A DNA stretch of 64,000 nucleotides from Eledone cirrhosa (GCA_964016885.1 OZ024740.1:253828001-253892000); one strand, 5' to 3'. Shown: positions 38,472 through 51,715, counted from the first letter of the stretch. Notes: a model not told the origin generated them from the sequence alone. Numbers and translations are program-made.

Positions 38472-38597
38472 AGTGTGAAAATTTGAACAGAAACAAAAAC
38501 AGAGAGTCAGACAAATAAAGGTTTATTAGGTTCACCCTCTTGAGAGTGTGTGGGGGGGGGGACGTTTCGGGCATAAGCCCTTCTTCAGGAGAAAATT
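38472..38597 (-). mobile_element. Short PLE-like 3' end with minimal hammerhead core
   Basis: CTGAAGA-A-GGGC-TTAT-GCCC-GAAA-CG-TC at 38561-38588 (minus), AATAAA downstream, ends at (TA)n. Stem I not evident. Confidence 0.65.
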
Positions 38598-38600
38598 GTA

Positions 38601-38947
38601 GGCACATTGCTTAGTGGTTAGAGCATTGGGCTTGCAATCGAAAGGTTGTGAGTTCAATTCTCAGACCGGGTGATGTGTTGTTTCCTTGAGCAAGACACTT
38701 TATTTCACATTGCTCCAGTTTACTCAGCTGTAGAAATGAGATGATAGGGACTGGGGTCTCTATCATTCCACTGCAATGTGGTCGTGGAGGTGCCACGGCA
38801 AAAAAGCACCCAGCACTCACTGTAAATGAGGTTGGTGTTAGGAAGGGCATCCAGCTGTAGAAATCAAGCCAGAATCAGTTCCTGTCCCACCCTTGCAAGC
38901 AGGGAAAAGCGGACGTAAAATGAAATGATGAAATGATGATGATGATG
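38601..38947 (+). mobile_element. tRNA-derived SINE with CORE-like middle and RTE-derived tail
   Basis: A-box-like TTGCTTAGTGG, B-box-like GAGTTCAATTC, CCTTGAGCAAGACACTT core, tail shared with RTE B and C, (ATG)n. Confidence 0.85.
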
Positions 38948-38965
38948 TATATATATATTTATATA

Positions 38966-39008
<43 letters not shown>

Positions 39009-39010
<2 letters not shown>

Positions 39011-42000
39011 CCAATCTATCGCTAAAACAAACTACATTTTCTGTTTCTATTAATTGTTAAATACGAAAGTTTTTGGTCGTATTCAACAGAACAAATTTTG
39101 TATTTTTGTTAATCGCTTGTTAAATGCAAGGACCCCATTCAATCATTACCTTCTTGCTAGCTACCCCCCCTCCCCCCCCCCACGCACCACCATTGCTATT
39201 ACGTGGACCAATCATAAAACAGAGCCCCCACGCATCACCAGTATTATTACGCGGACCAATCAGAAGCCAGAGGCCTATACTATCGCTTGCCTGGTTGCCT
39301 TTCGATATATGATGGATGGATGGACTGCGGAATCCTGGAGAGTGGAGGAGAGAGAGAGAAAAATCTGGACGCTCAAGCGACAAAGATAAAGACAAATTCA
39401 CCTCTTGGACGAGAATGCGAGCACTCCTCATTGTTTCGACCGCGGACGGCTAACATAACCCCCCCCCCCCCCAACCCCCAAACGCAATCCAAAACTTCAG
39501 AGTTGGTACCATAAATGTAGGCACCCTAAAGGGTCGCGCTAACGAGGTTGTAGAAATGCTTGAACGTAAGGAGGTCGATGTTTGTTGTATTCAAGAGACC
39601 AGGTGGAGGGGTGGGTCTGCTAGGTTCATTGAGGGTAAAAAACGATGTTATAAGCTTTTCTGGGTGGAGTAGGAATCATGGTAGCAGAAAAGTGGGCAGA
39701 TAAGATAATAGACGTAAATAGAGTGAACGACAGAATAATTAAAATACGACTTGTCCTCAATAGAACTACGGTGACAGTAATATCTGCGTACGCACCCCAA
39801 TCTGGACTGCCCGGCACTATAAAAGACAGATTCTATGAAACACTGATGCTAACTACCTCCCAAATATCCGACAGTGACTATATAATTATCGCAGGCGACC
39901 TAAATGGTCACGTTGGACAACATTGTGACGGCTACGACGAAATCCATGGAGGCTATGGGTTTGGTACTAGAAATGAGGAAGGCTCCAGAATCCTGGAATT
40001 CTGTGATGCAAATAACCTAACTATCTGTAACACTAACTTCAAAAAACGTGACAATCACCTGATCACCTATAGATCCGGGGAACACACAAGCCAGGTAGAT
40101 TATATCCTTACCAGAAGACGTGACAGAGTGTCTGTTGTAAACACTAAATCCCTCCCCCATGAAGAATGCACCTCCCAACATAGACTGATAATTAGCGACC
40201 TCATAGTCAGGACGAGACGTACTCGACAGCAGAAGAGGACTATCCTCAGGAGAAAAATATGGAAGCTAAAGGACCCCACAGCCAGGAATAAATTTCAAAG
40301 CATATTACTTGATGCTTTCGACAGTAAGGAAGAACATTTAGAGGCGGACAATATAGAGGGAGAGTGGGAATTTCTGAAAGCAAACCTGCTGTTGGCGACA
40401 GACGAAGTCTGTGGCTGGAGCAGGCCTGTAGGCAGGAGGAGAGTAACATGGTGGTGGAACAGTAAGGTGGAGGGGTCAATTAAGGCCAAAAAGCAGGCTT
40501 GGAAAGTATGGCGGGATGGGGGAAGTAGAGAGGACTATCAAGTGGCCAGGAGGGAAGCTAGGAGACAAGTGTACTTAGCAAGAAGGGAAGCTGAGGAAAG
40601 AAAGTTCAAGCATGTTCTACAACGCGATGACCAAAAACGTGAGGTGTTCAGGATTGCTAGGCAATGCGTCAAGGAAAACCGTGATATTGTCGGGGAGAAG
40701 TGTGTACTAAACGACGATGGCACACTTGCCATCACCGACGCTGATAAGAAGGTAGCTTGGAAGTGTCACTATGAAAGGCTACTAAATGAGGAGAATAAAT
40801 GGGAGAAAGACAGTCTCCCCCATATCGACCCAATAGAGGGACCAGCAGTGTTAGTCGAGGGGAGTATAATAACTAAGGCAATCAAGGATATGAAGACGGG
40901 TAAGGCGGCTGGGCCTTCGGAAATAGTTGCTGAGATGCTGAAGGCATCTGGCACGGTAGGACACACCATGGTCACCCGCATAGTTAACCAAGTCGTACAG
41001 AATGGGGTTGTTCCGAAGGACTGGCATAGCAGCATCATCGTTAACTGTTATAAGGGTAAAGGAGACGCCCTAGATAGGAGTAACTATAGAGGCATTAAAT
41101 TAATCGACCAGGTCATGAAGGTCACGGAAAAAGTAATAGCGCAACTAATCAGAGAGAGAATTGACCTAGATGAAATGCAGTTCGGGTTTGTGTCAGGCAA
41201 AAGTACCACAGACGCTCTTTTCATAGTACGACAACTACAGGAGAAGTACCTAGCTAAAGGTAAACCCCTCTACTTAGCTTTTGTCGACTTGGAGAAAGCC
41301 TTCGACAGAGTCCCCCGCTCCATTATCTGGTGGGCTCTTAGAAAACTAGGCGTTGACGAATGGCTTGTGAGGGCTATACAAGCCATGTATAAAGAAACAG
41401 TCAGCAAGGTTAGAATTAACAACGAATATAGTGAAGAGTTTAGCGTAAAAGTTGGCGTCCATCAGGGCTCTGTTCTCAGCCCACTACTATTTATTATTGC
41501 CCTTCAGGCTATAACAGAGGAGTTCAAGACAGGCTGCCCATGGGAACTCCTATACGCAGACGACCTGACACTCATAGCGGAATCAATGGCCGAGCTAGAG
41601 AAGAAATTCCAAACATGGAAGCACGGCCTAGAGTCAAAAGGACTTAAAATTAACCTGGCTAAGACCAAAGTACTAGTTTGTAGGAAAGAAAACAAGGCCT
41701 AGAAAAACAAGAAAACAAGAAAACAAGACCTAGAAAAACCTGGGACGAGCTGATAAACTCCGACATCACACACTTACACCTCTCCAAGACAATGTCACTG
41801 GACCGAGACCTTTGGCGGTACTCAGTAACAGAGAAGACCCGCCTTACCTAAATATATAGTAAAACCTACTCCAGCCAGTAGGCATCTCTAACAAAATACA
41901 CCCCGTCCCACCACCCCCACCCCCACCCCATCCACACCACCCCGTTCTATGTAAAGTTATGTTGGTGCCGCGCCATCAAGGCCGAAACAAATGAGATCGT

Positions 42001-42250
42001 GTAGGTGTCACGACAAAAAAACACACAGTCCACGCTGTAATGTGGCCGTGTAGGCAACACGGTAAAAATCTCCCAGACCCACACTGTAAATGTGGTTGGT
42101 GTTAGGAAGGGCATCCAACTGTAGAAAACCTGCCAGACAGTCCTATGCGAGCAAGACAATCACTCTTGCCTCAAGTGGGACTACCCCCGTCCAAACCCAT
42201 GCAAGCGTGGAACACGGACGTTAAACGTTGATGATGATGATGATGATGAT
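39009..42250 (+). mobile_element. RTE family A with 5' UTR, internally deleted
   Basis: ORF 39678-41702 (APE-RT). Small deletion near 39665 and a deletion of about 0.7 kb with filler near 41700. 3' UTR and (ATG)n tail. Confidence 0.93.
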
Positions 42251-42262
42251 ATATATATATAT

Positions 42263-42760
42263 AGTTGTTATATAGTAAGGTGTATTATTGGTTGTGTAAA
42301 ACGGTCCAATAAATTTTTGTTAGCAATATTAATTTCTCCACGCTTTTGTATATCTCCAATTCCATTAATGGGAACAGCTAGATGATGTAAAACGGAGTAT
42401 TAGTATCAAAATGAAGATCCGAAGGCAAGGTATAAATTTCCAATCATTTTAATCACGACACGTTTCAATAAGAGATAGATCGATCGTGAAGCCATGATCG
42501 ATTATCACTGATCTCGTCAGGTGAAAATGAATTGTCTTCAAATCCTTGATATGAGGGAGAAAATTAGCGATGTTCACTCACAGAGTTTATTCCCTCATAT
42601 GAAGATCAAGCAATCAGAATACGGCGACTGCCATCATTCAGTTAGGGTCATAAAACTATCAAGTCTCTAACTCCCAATAGCTGTAAAAGACGCTGGACAT
42701 CAATCAAATCTGTTGAATTACAGTCAGTCACAGTTAATGTGAGTGGGTACACACACACTC
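42263..42760 (-). mobile_element. Non-coding hammerhead-bearing segment (putative pLTR or retrozyme-like)
   Basis: About 500 bp between (TA)n tracts, no ORF, hammerhead at 42444-42530. Confidence 0.6.
42444..42530 (-). ncRNA. Type I minimal hammerhead ribozyme with long stem II
   Basis: TCATTTTCAC-CTGACGA-(GATAATCGATC...GATCGATCTATC)-GAAA-CGTG-TC-GTGAttAAAATGA. GUC triplet. Confidence 0.82.
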
Positions 42761-42812
42761 AACACACACACATATATACACACATATATATATATATATG
42801 TGTATATATATA

Positions 42813-42909
<97 letters not shown>

Positions 42910-42950
42910 ATATATATATATTTATATATATATGTATGTATATATATATA

Positions 42951-44836
42951 TCATAATCTATAAAGCTCAGTGTATGGTCACGTTTCTTTGTTATAGAAAT
43001 CTACGATATAGAATTTCTTCAATTGAAATTTACAATTCAGTATTCGAAATAGCTTCGATTGGGTCTTGGCACATATCATTTTTTCAATTTCACCCCCAAT
43101 TACGCAAAAAATCGATAAAACTCAATATTTTATGATTTGTGTCTCTCATTTCAACTGCTTACCTCTTTCCATTACCATTCAAAATCTATACAACTTCATA
43201 CTTTCTGCTACTTTCTCTTTCCAAGCTGAAACAACACGTAAAATGAAACTAAATTATTCTTTTCATTTTACATTGTTCATGTTGATGGTGATACTGTCCG
43301 TTTTACTCTCTCATATCATCTGCTTTTTCCTCTATCTACAACCCACACATTTTGCTACTTTCTCTTTCATACTAAATTTGGTTTATTCACCGTTAGCAGC
43401 TACGCGCATCTTTTAAAAATGTGAGTTACAATGTTTTTCAATCGTTCTAACTTTTAGTTGCTTCAAACTTAATGATTTATTTACAAACACATACAAACAC
43501 ACACTCACGTAAATTGATAAAAAAAAATTTAAAGCAATTAAACAACGTGCGGGATTTATAACCACAAATACACACTTCATTAAAAAATAAACTAATAATT
43601 TGCGACAATTCTTTTCTTTAAATCGTAAAATTAAACGACATAATTATTTTCATTTTCGGCTGTTAATTTGGGGATACTAAACAACTCCTGACCCAGAAGA
43701 TGTCATCAACTATCCAATAGAGGTACTCAATTCCTTTGAGCCCCCCGGACTACCACCACACATTCTCAAACTTAAAGTTGGTGCCCCTATAATGCTCATT
43801 AGAAATTTGGTTCCCCCGAAACAATGCAATGGCACACGTTTGATCGTTAAGTCCTTATCTCCCAATCTGATTGAGGCCACGATTATCACAAGGTGCGGTC
43901 GAGGCAACGTTGTTTCAACTCATACGCTTTATAGACTAAACAACAAAAACATTAGCCACATTAACGTACAATTTCGTTTATTCTAAATGTGAGTCTTCAA
44001 ACTGATTTATTTATTTGCAAACACATACAAACACACACTCACATCAAATGAATAATTAAACTTTAAATCAATTTAACCACGTGCCGGATTTCTAACCACA
44101 CATACACACTTCATTAACAAATAAAAATTCTAATTTGCGACAATTATTTTCTTTCAATCGTAAAATCAAACGACATAATTATTTTCATTTTCGGTTGTTA
44201 ATCTTCATGGGGATAATACTAAACTTCCATTTCACATCATGTGAGTTAACAAATAATTTTTTAAAACACTATTCGCAGACTTCCTTAAACAACAAGATCA
44301 ATTGCGTAGCCGGTATTCATTATGTAGCCGGTAAAGCTATGTAGCAGGTAAAAGGCTATGTAGTCAGTACGATGTTATATAGCATAAAAAGTTTATATAA
44401 CCGGTAAATGTTATGTCGCTGTTAGCATGTGTGTGTGTATTACCGTCAATACACACGTGTGTGTGTGTGTATTACCGTCAATACACACGTGTGTGTGTGC
44501 GTGTTTCAATGTAGTTTTCGTTAACAATGACGAGAGTACAATCGCGCCAGAAACAATTCAATTTCTCATTCTTAACTGCTAGGGGCGTTCACAGGTTCAT
44601 TAAGTACTTTCAGTAAGGAATAAAAAATTAGGGATTGAACCAAAAACCACGACATAAACAGGCACCAACAAACATTGTCTTTGTCCTGTCAAAAAGTGAT
44701 TGATCCTATCCCTTTCACCTACGACCTCAGTTAGGTCAGGCGAAAGTCAAATAGACAGGGGGTCACCTATGCAGGTACAAACCCTGCTGCGGTATGTCTA
44801 TATATATATATATATATATATAAACCTTAATTTGAT

Positions 44837-44868
<32 letters not shown>

Positions 44869-44940
44869 ATGTATAAAAATATAACATAAATTCATTTAAC
44901 ACAACTGAAACTGGATTTTAGTCTTCAAATTTATTATTAT

Positions 44941-44985
<45 letters not shown>

Positions 44986-45132
44986 ATATATTCGTATACA
45001 GATATTTTTGCATACACAGTAACAACATATAAACAAACGCATTTATTTGACGAGGCTCGATAAGGATAAATATATATCAAATATATAAGAACCCTAGAGC
45101 AAATCCCGAGCAACGCCGGGCCATTCTGCTAG
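42951..45132 (+). mobile_element. Non-autonomous Helitron with PIF1 helicase fragment
   Basis: Possible 5' TC at 42951. 43690-43915 encodes YPIEVLNSFEPPGLPPHILKLKVGAPIMLIRNL...CNGTRLIV. Internal duplication about 43385-43675 / 43950-44215. Hairpin 45105-45120 and CTAG 45129-45132. Confidence 0.8.
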
Positions 45133-45196
45133 TATATATGTATATGTATGTATATATATATATATTTATATATATATGTATGTATATATATATATT

Positions 45197-45254
<58 letters not shown>

Positions 45255-45292
45255 ATATTAACAAATGGAAACTATATTTATAAAACCATATT

Positions 45293-45358
45293 TATTTCAT
45301 TATACATATTTCAAGGGCCACCAAGGCAGATTATAGTGCGCTTTTATCAGATAAAATA
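45293..45358 (-). ncRNA. Degenerate hammerhead-like motif (CTGATAA)
   Basis: TATTTTAT-CTGATAA-AAG...CTT-GAAA-TATGTA-TA-ATGAAATA, homologous to 56477-56542. Confidence 0.6.
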
Positions 45359-46672
45359 TAATATAAATTAGTTTTATAAATAAATATTGACATACCCTGA
45401 AAAATGCAACCTTCACGGTTGGAGTCTCCTGGATAGTGGAGATATATTTATTGTTGGTTTATTATGCAAATTAGTGTCAGAAAGGTTTAAATAACAGTAT
45501 ATTTACAAGAACTGAAATGATTATTCCTTAAATTAACAGAATTTTTACTTTTTAATATCAAGAATATTTCTTCTATACAAAGAGCACAATTTTCAGATGA
45601 AGCATTGAATTCAATAGATATGTAAGGATTAGGTATTGTACTAAATTATAGATAAATGATGGTGTTGATCAAAGTTAACAAATAAAGTTGTGTGTATCAA
45701 TGTTGAGGCATGCTAATTGAAATATTGTCATTCATTCTAACGTTGTTTTTTCTATAGATAATTATAAAATAAAGCATTATTAAAGGCCATTGATGTTTTT
45801 TACTGTTGATTATATATTCCTGGTAACCGAGTTGTTATCGGTTTTTTCTTTCTTGTTTTATGTGAGGCTAAAAAAGTGGATGTAACTTTATGGAGGCAAT
45901 TAGAGAATAATTGACATTTTTTGTTAATTAGGGTCTCATAATTATTAATAATCAACAGGGTCTCCATTGTACAGAGCGGGCAGTTATTTTATATACTGGA
46001 GTTGCGGTAAATTCCACAGTTCCGAAGTTTTGTCCAAGTATTTACCTTAAACATACTGGCTCATTAATATATACCTATATACATAATAGTTATTTAAATA
46101 TTTATAACAATAAGTACTTCAAAAGCTTTACATACCTAATATGTTGGTATATTTGTTAAAGTTTTGATTTAGGTAATTAATCAACAGTATAACATTTCAT
46201 TCTTTATGTGCCAGCTAAATCCTTTAAATGTTATTCTCACAATTCAGAAGTTTAGAAATGATAACACACTTATCGAATTTATATAAATAATATATAAATA
46301 ATTAGCAAATAATCCTGAAATCTGGAGTCTTCACCTTAATATTATAAATTAAATATTTTCAAATCTAACCGTTTAACTTTCGAAAAAAAAACCCCACACT
46401 TTATCTTTCCCTCCTTATAAATCTTTTTCCAGTGGCTATCACTGGCTGTTATGATTCATGAGATGTTTCCCTAGATATATTGTAGTATCATACACTTTAA
46501 AATTTTAGAACACTTACAGTATGCAACGTTTTTTCTTACTCACACATTCTCTAATGAATTTATTGCGTTTTCGCACTTTCACACAGATATTATATAAGTA
46601 AAATTTTCTATCGAGTAATCACTACCTTGATTAAATCTTAACCATTTAACATCTCAGGGTATGTCATGTATC

Positions 46673-46734
46673 ATTATATTTGTCTGATGAGGACGTACTG
46701 TTGTACATCCGAAATATGTATAATAAAATGTAAT
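46673..46734 (+). ncRNA. Type I minimal hammerhead ribozyme
   Basis: ATTATATTTGT-CTGATGA-GGAcGTAC-tgtt-GTACaTCC-GAAA-TATGTA-TA-ATAAAATGTAAT. Confidence 0.85.
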
Positions 46735-46761
46735 TGATCAAAAGAACATCTATTTTAATAT

Positions 46762-46828
<67 letters not shown>

Positions 46829-46899
46829 ATACATATATTTATATATATATATTTATATGTATGTATATACATATATTTATATATATATATATATTTATT

Positions 46900-47585
46900 T
46901 ATCCGAGAGAAGCGAAATGAGGTGGTTGGTTTAAGTTAACAAACGATCCAGCAACACACGCACACACACACAGTAGCATTCCACCATACGAACATATTAC
47001 ACTGCCAATACAGAGGAACAACACACGCACACACACACTCAAGCGAGACAACAACACACAAACACACACACACACAGTAACATTCAACAAACAGGCAGAG
47101 AATTAACTGACAGCTAGCGCCACCCCACTCCCACAATTGAAAGAACTACTTCGGCCGCTGACCTCTGCCTGACCAACCCCATTTCACGCGCACGCGCGCT
47201 CTGCTGAAATACCTCAGATATTCAAAACAACGAACAGCGGAGGGTGCGTTTCGCACCTTTCCAACAGACAACCTTTCCCCCACCCCGGAAAAAACCCCAG
47301 TTGATGGATGTGAATCCGAAATATATAGGGACAATTAAATCTCTCCCAAGGTAACTCTCTCTCGTGTTGTTATTTTTATTTTTATCCTTTACGTTCTTTC
47401 CTTCATTCCTCTACACGTCTTATATACGCCACGCATCTCAACGTACACCCACTTACATCTCTCTCTCAACCACCGGATCTTGTTACCTGGAGATTTACCC
47501 ATTTGCATTGTCGAGGCTTCCAAACGACATAAAGAAATTTACCTTATTATTCCACAATGCTTCAACCAAACTTCAATACTCTCTT
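46900..47585 (+). mobile_element. 3' end (pLTR) of a second Penelope/Poseidon-like family
   Basis: Begins [10 protein letters not shown] (compare AERNELTWLT* ending at 19700). CA-rich tract, cacgcgcacgcgc, variant hammerhead, ends acaatgcttcaaccaaacttcaatactctc like 17446-17475. Confidence 0.8.
47295..47330 (+). ncRNA. Variant minimal hammerhead-like motif
   Basis: CCC-CAGTTGA-T-GGAT-GTGA-ATCC-GAAA-TATA-TA-GGG. Confidence 0.55.
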
Positions 47586-47687
47586 ATATATTTATATGTA
47601 TGTATATACATATATTTATATATATATATATTTATATGTATGTATATACATATATTTATATATATATATTTATATGTATGTATATAC

Positions 47688-47737
<50 letters not shown>

Positions 47738-47740
<3 letters not shown>

Positions 47741-48570
47741 ATAATAACTAGGGTAAGAACGGGATGGAAGAAGTTTAGGGAACTACTACCACTGCTAGCT
47801 GCAAAAGGCTTCTCCCTCAGAATGAAAGGCAGACTGTATGATGCGTCGTGTATCCGAACAGCGATGTTGCATGGTAGTGAGACCTGGGCGCTGAAGGTGG
47901 AAGACTTACGTAGATTAGAGAGAAATGAAGCCTGCATGCTCCGATGGATGTGTAACAGTAATATACGTGAACGACAAAGCATAAATGAATTGAGAGAGAG
48001 ACTGAGCATAAGAGGAATCAAATGCTGCGTGCAGGAGAGGCGGTTACGCTGGTATGGACATGTGATGCGTATGAAGGATGACAGCTGCATAAAAAGGTGC
48101 AGAGCACTAGAAGTTGATGGAAACCGCGGAGTGGGGAGACCCAAGATGACCTGGGATGAGGTGATAAAAGCCGACCTTACCCAACTACACCTCTCAAAGA
48201 CAATGACACACGACCGTGACTTCTGGCGTCACGCAGTAATACAGGGTACCCGACCTCCCATGGGTACATGCTGAAGCATATAAACAATATGCCCCCACTC
48301 CCCCCACCGCAAGGTGGTCGTGGAGGTGCTACGGCAAAAAAGCACCCAGCCCACACTGTAAAGTGGACGTGTAGGCGCCACGAAAAAGCACCCAGCACTC
48401 ACTGTAAATGAGGTTGGTGTTAGGAAGGGCATCCAGCTGTAGAAATCAAGCCAGATCAGTTCCTGTATGAGCAAGGCATGGTCAGCGGACCAGACACTGC
48501 CCACAACAGGACAACCCGTCTAACCCATGCTAGCGTGGAAGAACGGACGTAAAACGGTGATGATGATGAT
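47738..48570 (+). mobile_element. RTE family B 3' fragment
   Basis: ORF 47822-48274 ends [10 protein letters not shown]. Family B 3' UTR and (ATG)n tail. Confidence 0.92.
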
Positions 48571-48838
48571 ATATATATATATATATTTATATGTATGTAT
48601 GTATATATATATATATATATATATTTATATGTATGTATATACATATATTTATATATATATATACATATATTTATATATATATATATATATATTTATATGT
48701 ATGTAGATATATATATTTATATGTATGTAGATATATATATTTATATGTATGTATATACATATATTTATATGTATGTATATACATATATTTATATATATTT
48801 ATATGTATGTATATACATATATTTATATATATATATAT

Positions 48839-50832
48839 ATCATCATCATCATCAACGTTTAACGTCCGTGTTCCACGCTTGCATGGGTTTGGACGGGGGT
48901 TTTCCCACTTGAGGCAAGAGTGATTGTCTTGCTCGCATAGGACTGTCTGGCGGGTTTTCTACAGCTGGATGCCCTTCCTACCACCAACCACATTTACAGT
49001 GTGGGGCTGGGAGGTTTTTACCGTGTTGCCTACATGGCCACATTACAGCGTGGACTGTCTGGCGGGTTTTCTACAGCTGGATGCCCTTCCTAACACCAAC
49101 CACATTTATAGTGTGGGGCTGGGAGGTTTTGAACGTGTTGCCTACACGGCCACATTACAGCGTGGACTGTGTGTTTTTTGTCGTGACACCTACACGATCT
49201 CATTTGTTTCGGCCTGGATGTTGTGGCACCAACATAACTTTACATTGAAAGGGGCGGTGTGGGTGGGGGGGGGGGTTTGTTAGAGATGCCTACTGACTGT
49301 AGTAGGTTTTACTTTGTATTTAGGTAAGGCGGGTCTTCTCTATTACTGAGTACCACCAAAGGTCTCGGTCCAGTGACATTGTCTTGGAGAGGTGTAAGCG
49401 TGTGAGGTCGGAATTTATCATGTCGTCCCAGGTTTTTCTGGGTCTGCCTACTCCGTGGCTACCGTCTATCTTTATTGCCCTGCACTTTGTTATACAGCTG
49501 TCGTCTTTCATGCGCATCACGTGACCATACCAACGTAGCCTTCTCTCGAGTAAACAACATCTGATCCCTCTTATTTCTAATTTTTTCCTTAGTTCGTTTA
49601 TGCTTAGCCTTTCACGTATATTACTATTACACATCCAGCGGAGCATGCAAGCTTCGTTCCTCTCTAGTCTGCGTATATCCTCTGCACACAATGCCCAGGT
49701 ATCACTGCCATGCAGCATTGCTGTTCGTATGCAGGCATCATATAACCTGCCTTTCATTTTTAGGGAGAACCCTTTAGCGGCTAATAGTGGTATAAGCTCT
49801 CTGAACTTTTTCCATCCAGTTCTGACTCTAGCTACTGTACTTTCAGAGCACCCTCCTCCACTGCTGATTTTGTCACCCAGGTAACGAAAGCTGTCCACTA
49901 TTTCTATAGAACCCTCTGCGTAATTGAAAGAGCTAGTATTTGGTGGGCACTTGCTGCTACTTATTGCACCAGAGCACCGGCCACATGTAAAATCTATGTT
50001 CTTAGTTAGCTTACCTGTGATCCCACTACATCTTTTATGCACCCATACTTTGCATTTGGGACATAAAATGGAGTTTCTACCTACGCCTTTCCTACACACT
50101 GAGCATGGCCATTTCCCGGAAGGGACCGCCACCTTATTTTCTTTCCTACAAACTAGGACTTTAGTCTTAGCCAGGTTAATTTTAAGGCCTTTTGATTCTA
50201 GGCCGTGCCTCCATGTTTGGAATTTCTTCTCTAGCTCGGTCATTGATTCAGCTATGAGCGTCAGATCATCTGCATATAGGAGTTCCCATGGGCAGCCGGT
50301 CTTGAACTCCTCTGTTATAGCCTGAAGGGCAATAATAAATAGTAGGGGGCTAAGAACAGAGCCCTGATGGACACCAACTTTTACGCTAAACTCTTCACTA
50401 TATTCGTTGTTAATTCTAACCTTGCTGACTGTTTCTTTATACATGGCTTGTATAGCTCTCACAAGCCATTCGTCAACACCTAGTTTTCTAAGAGCCCACC
50501 AGATAATGGAACGGGGGACTCTGTCGAAGGCTTTCTCCAAGTCAACAAAAGCTAAGTATAGGTGTTTACTTTTAGCTAGGTACTTCTCCTGGAGTTGTCG
50601 TACAATGAAAAGAGCGTCTGTGGTACTTTTGCCTGACACAAACCCGAACTGCATTTCATCTTGATCAATTCTCTCTCTGATTAGTTGTGCTATTACTTTT
50701 TCCGTGACCTTCATGACCTGGTCGATTAATTTAATGCCTCTATAGTTACACCTATCTAGGGCATCTCCTTTACCCTTGTAACAGTTAATGATGATGCTGC
50801 TATGCCAGTCCTTCGGAACAACCCCATTCTGT
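48839..50832 (-). mobile_element. RTE family A subfamily (duplicated 3' UTR module), 5'-truncated
   Basis: ORF 49320-50714 (RT, EKTRLT). 112-bp tandem duplication at 48940-49163. Confidence 0.93.
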
Positions 50833-50909
50833 ATATATATATATATATTTATATGTATCTATATACATATATATATATATATATATATTTATATGTATGT
50901 ATATACATA

Positions 50910-50957
<48 letters not shown>

Positions 50958-51403
50958 AAAAGCTTTCTCCGATATTGTATTTATTTAAAAAGCTTTCTCC
51001 GATATTGTAATTATTTATTTACTCTTGGTGCAACAGATTTGAAATTCCCGGTATAAGGTTAGACTTTCTTTGTTTATTTTTTTTATATATGAATATTGAT
51101 TGTTTCTTATACCTCATTCTGTTATTTTGCCCGAGAAAATATTTGTGTGTGTCATCAATCGTTGTATACACATAGATATTTTTTCAATTTCCAATTGAGT
51201 TCTAGCACGTGGCCTGAATTCCTTTTAGAGTTCATTGTCATCCGCATGTATTGTTTTTTTTTGGCGGTAATTTACTTCCTCATTTTCGAATCAGTTTGAG
51301 CATTTCTTTAGAACTGCTGGACTAGCAACCTGACAGATACCCCAGGTACTGATGATGATTATTGCTAAATACTGATGTTGATTAGATTATCAATATTAGT
51401 ATT

Positions 51404-51715
51404 ATTGGGGCACCCACTGATGAATTATAGGAGCCCACTTGAATATATATCTATTGATGGTATACAAGCTCCTACATAAATTGGTATAATTTCACCCAAA
51501 TTGTAGGAATCCTATAATAAAACGAGACGTCCGTCTGGGAAGAGATATATTCGATATGTCTCATATGAAATAATACAGCCAATTTTCCACGCAATACTTT
51601 TAGTTAGCACCCCGAACGCTTAATTAGGAATATAATCACTTATTTTCTAATGTTTGTTGAGTGAGATGGAATTTGGCCGGAGTATCGATAAAAAGCTTTC
51701 ACCGATATTGTATTT
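51404..51715. repeat. Unclassified dispersed repeat, copy 2
   Basis: Homologous to 6826-7138. Its terminal motif aaaagctttc(a/t)ccgatattgta also occurs twice in tandem at about 50957-51009. Confidence 0.65.

Larger units (their letters stand above)
45251..46760 (-). mobile_element. Decayed Naiad-like PLE remnant with hammerhead-like motifs at both ends
   Basis: Minus translation near 45560-45620 (IEFNASSENCALCIEEIF) matches the C-terminus of ORF 57502-59055. Terminus matches 56436-56490. Confidence 0.7.

Noticed and set aside
38601-38672. tRNA gene
   Set aside because: The cloverleaf is incomplete and the sequence continues into a SINE body and RTE tail.
44305-44480. Short direct repeats (tatgtagccggtaaa; gtgtattaccgtcaatacacac) as a CRISPR-like array
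   Set aside because: The context is eukaryotic, there are no unique spacers or cas genes, and they are internal Helitron minisatellites.
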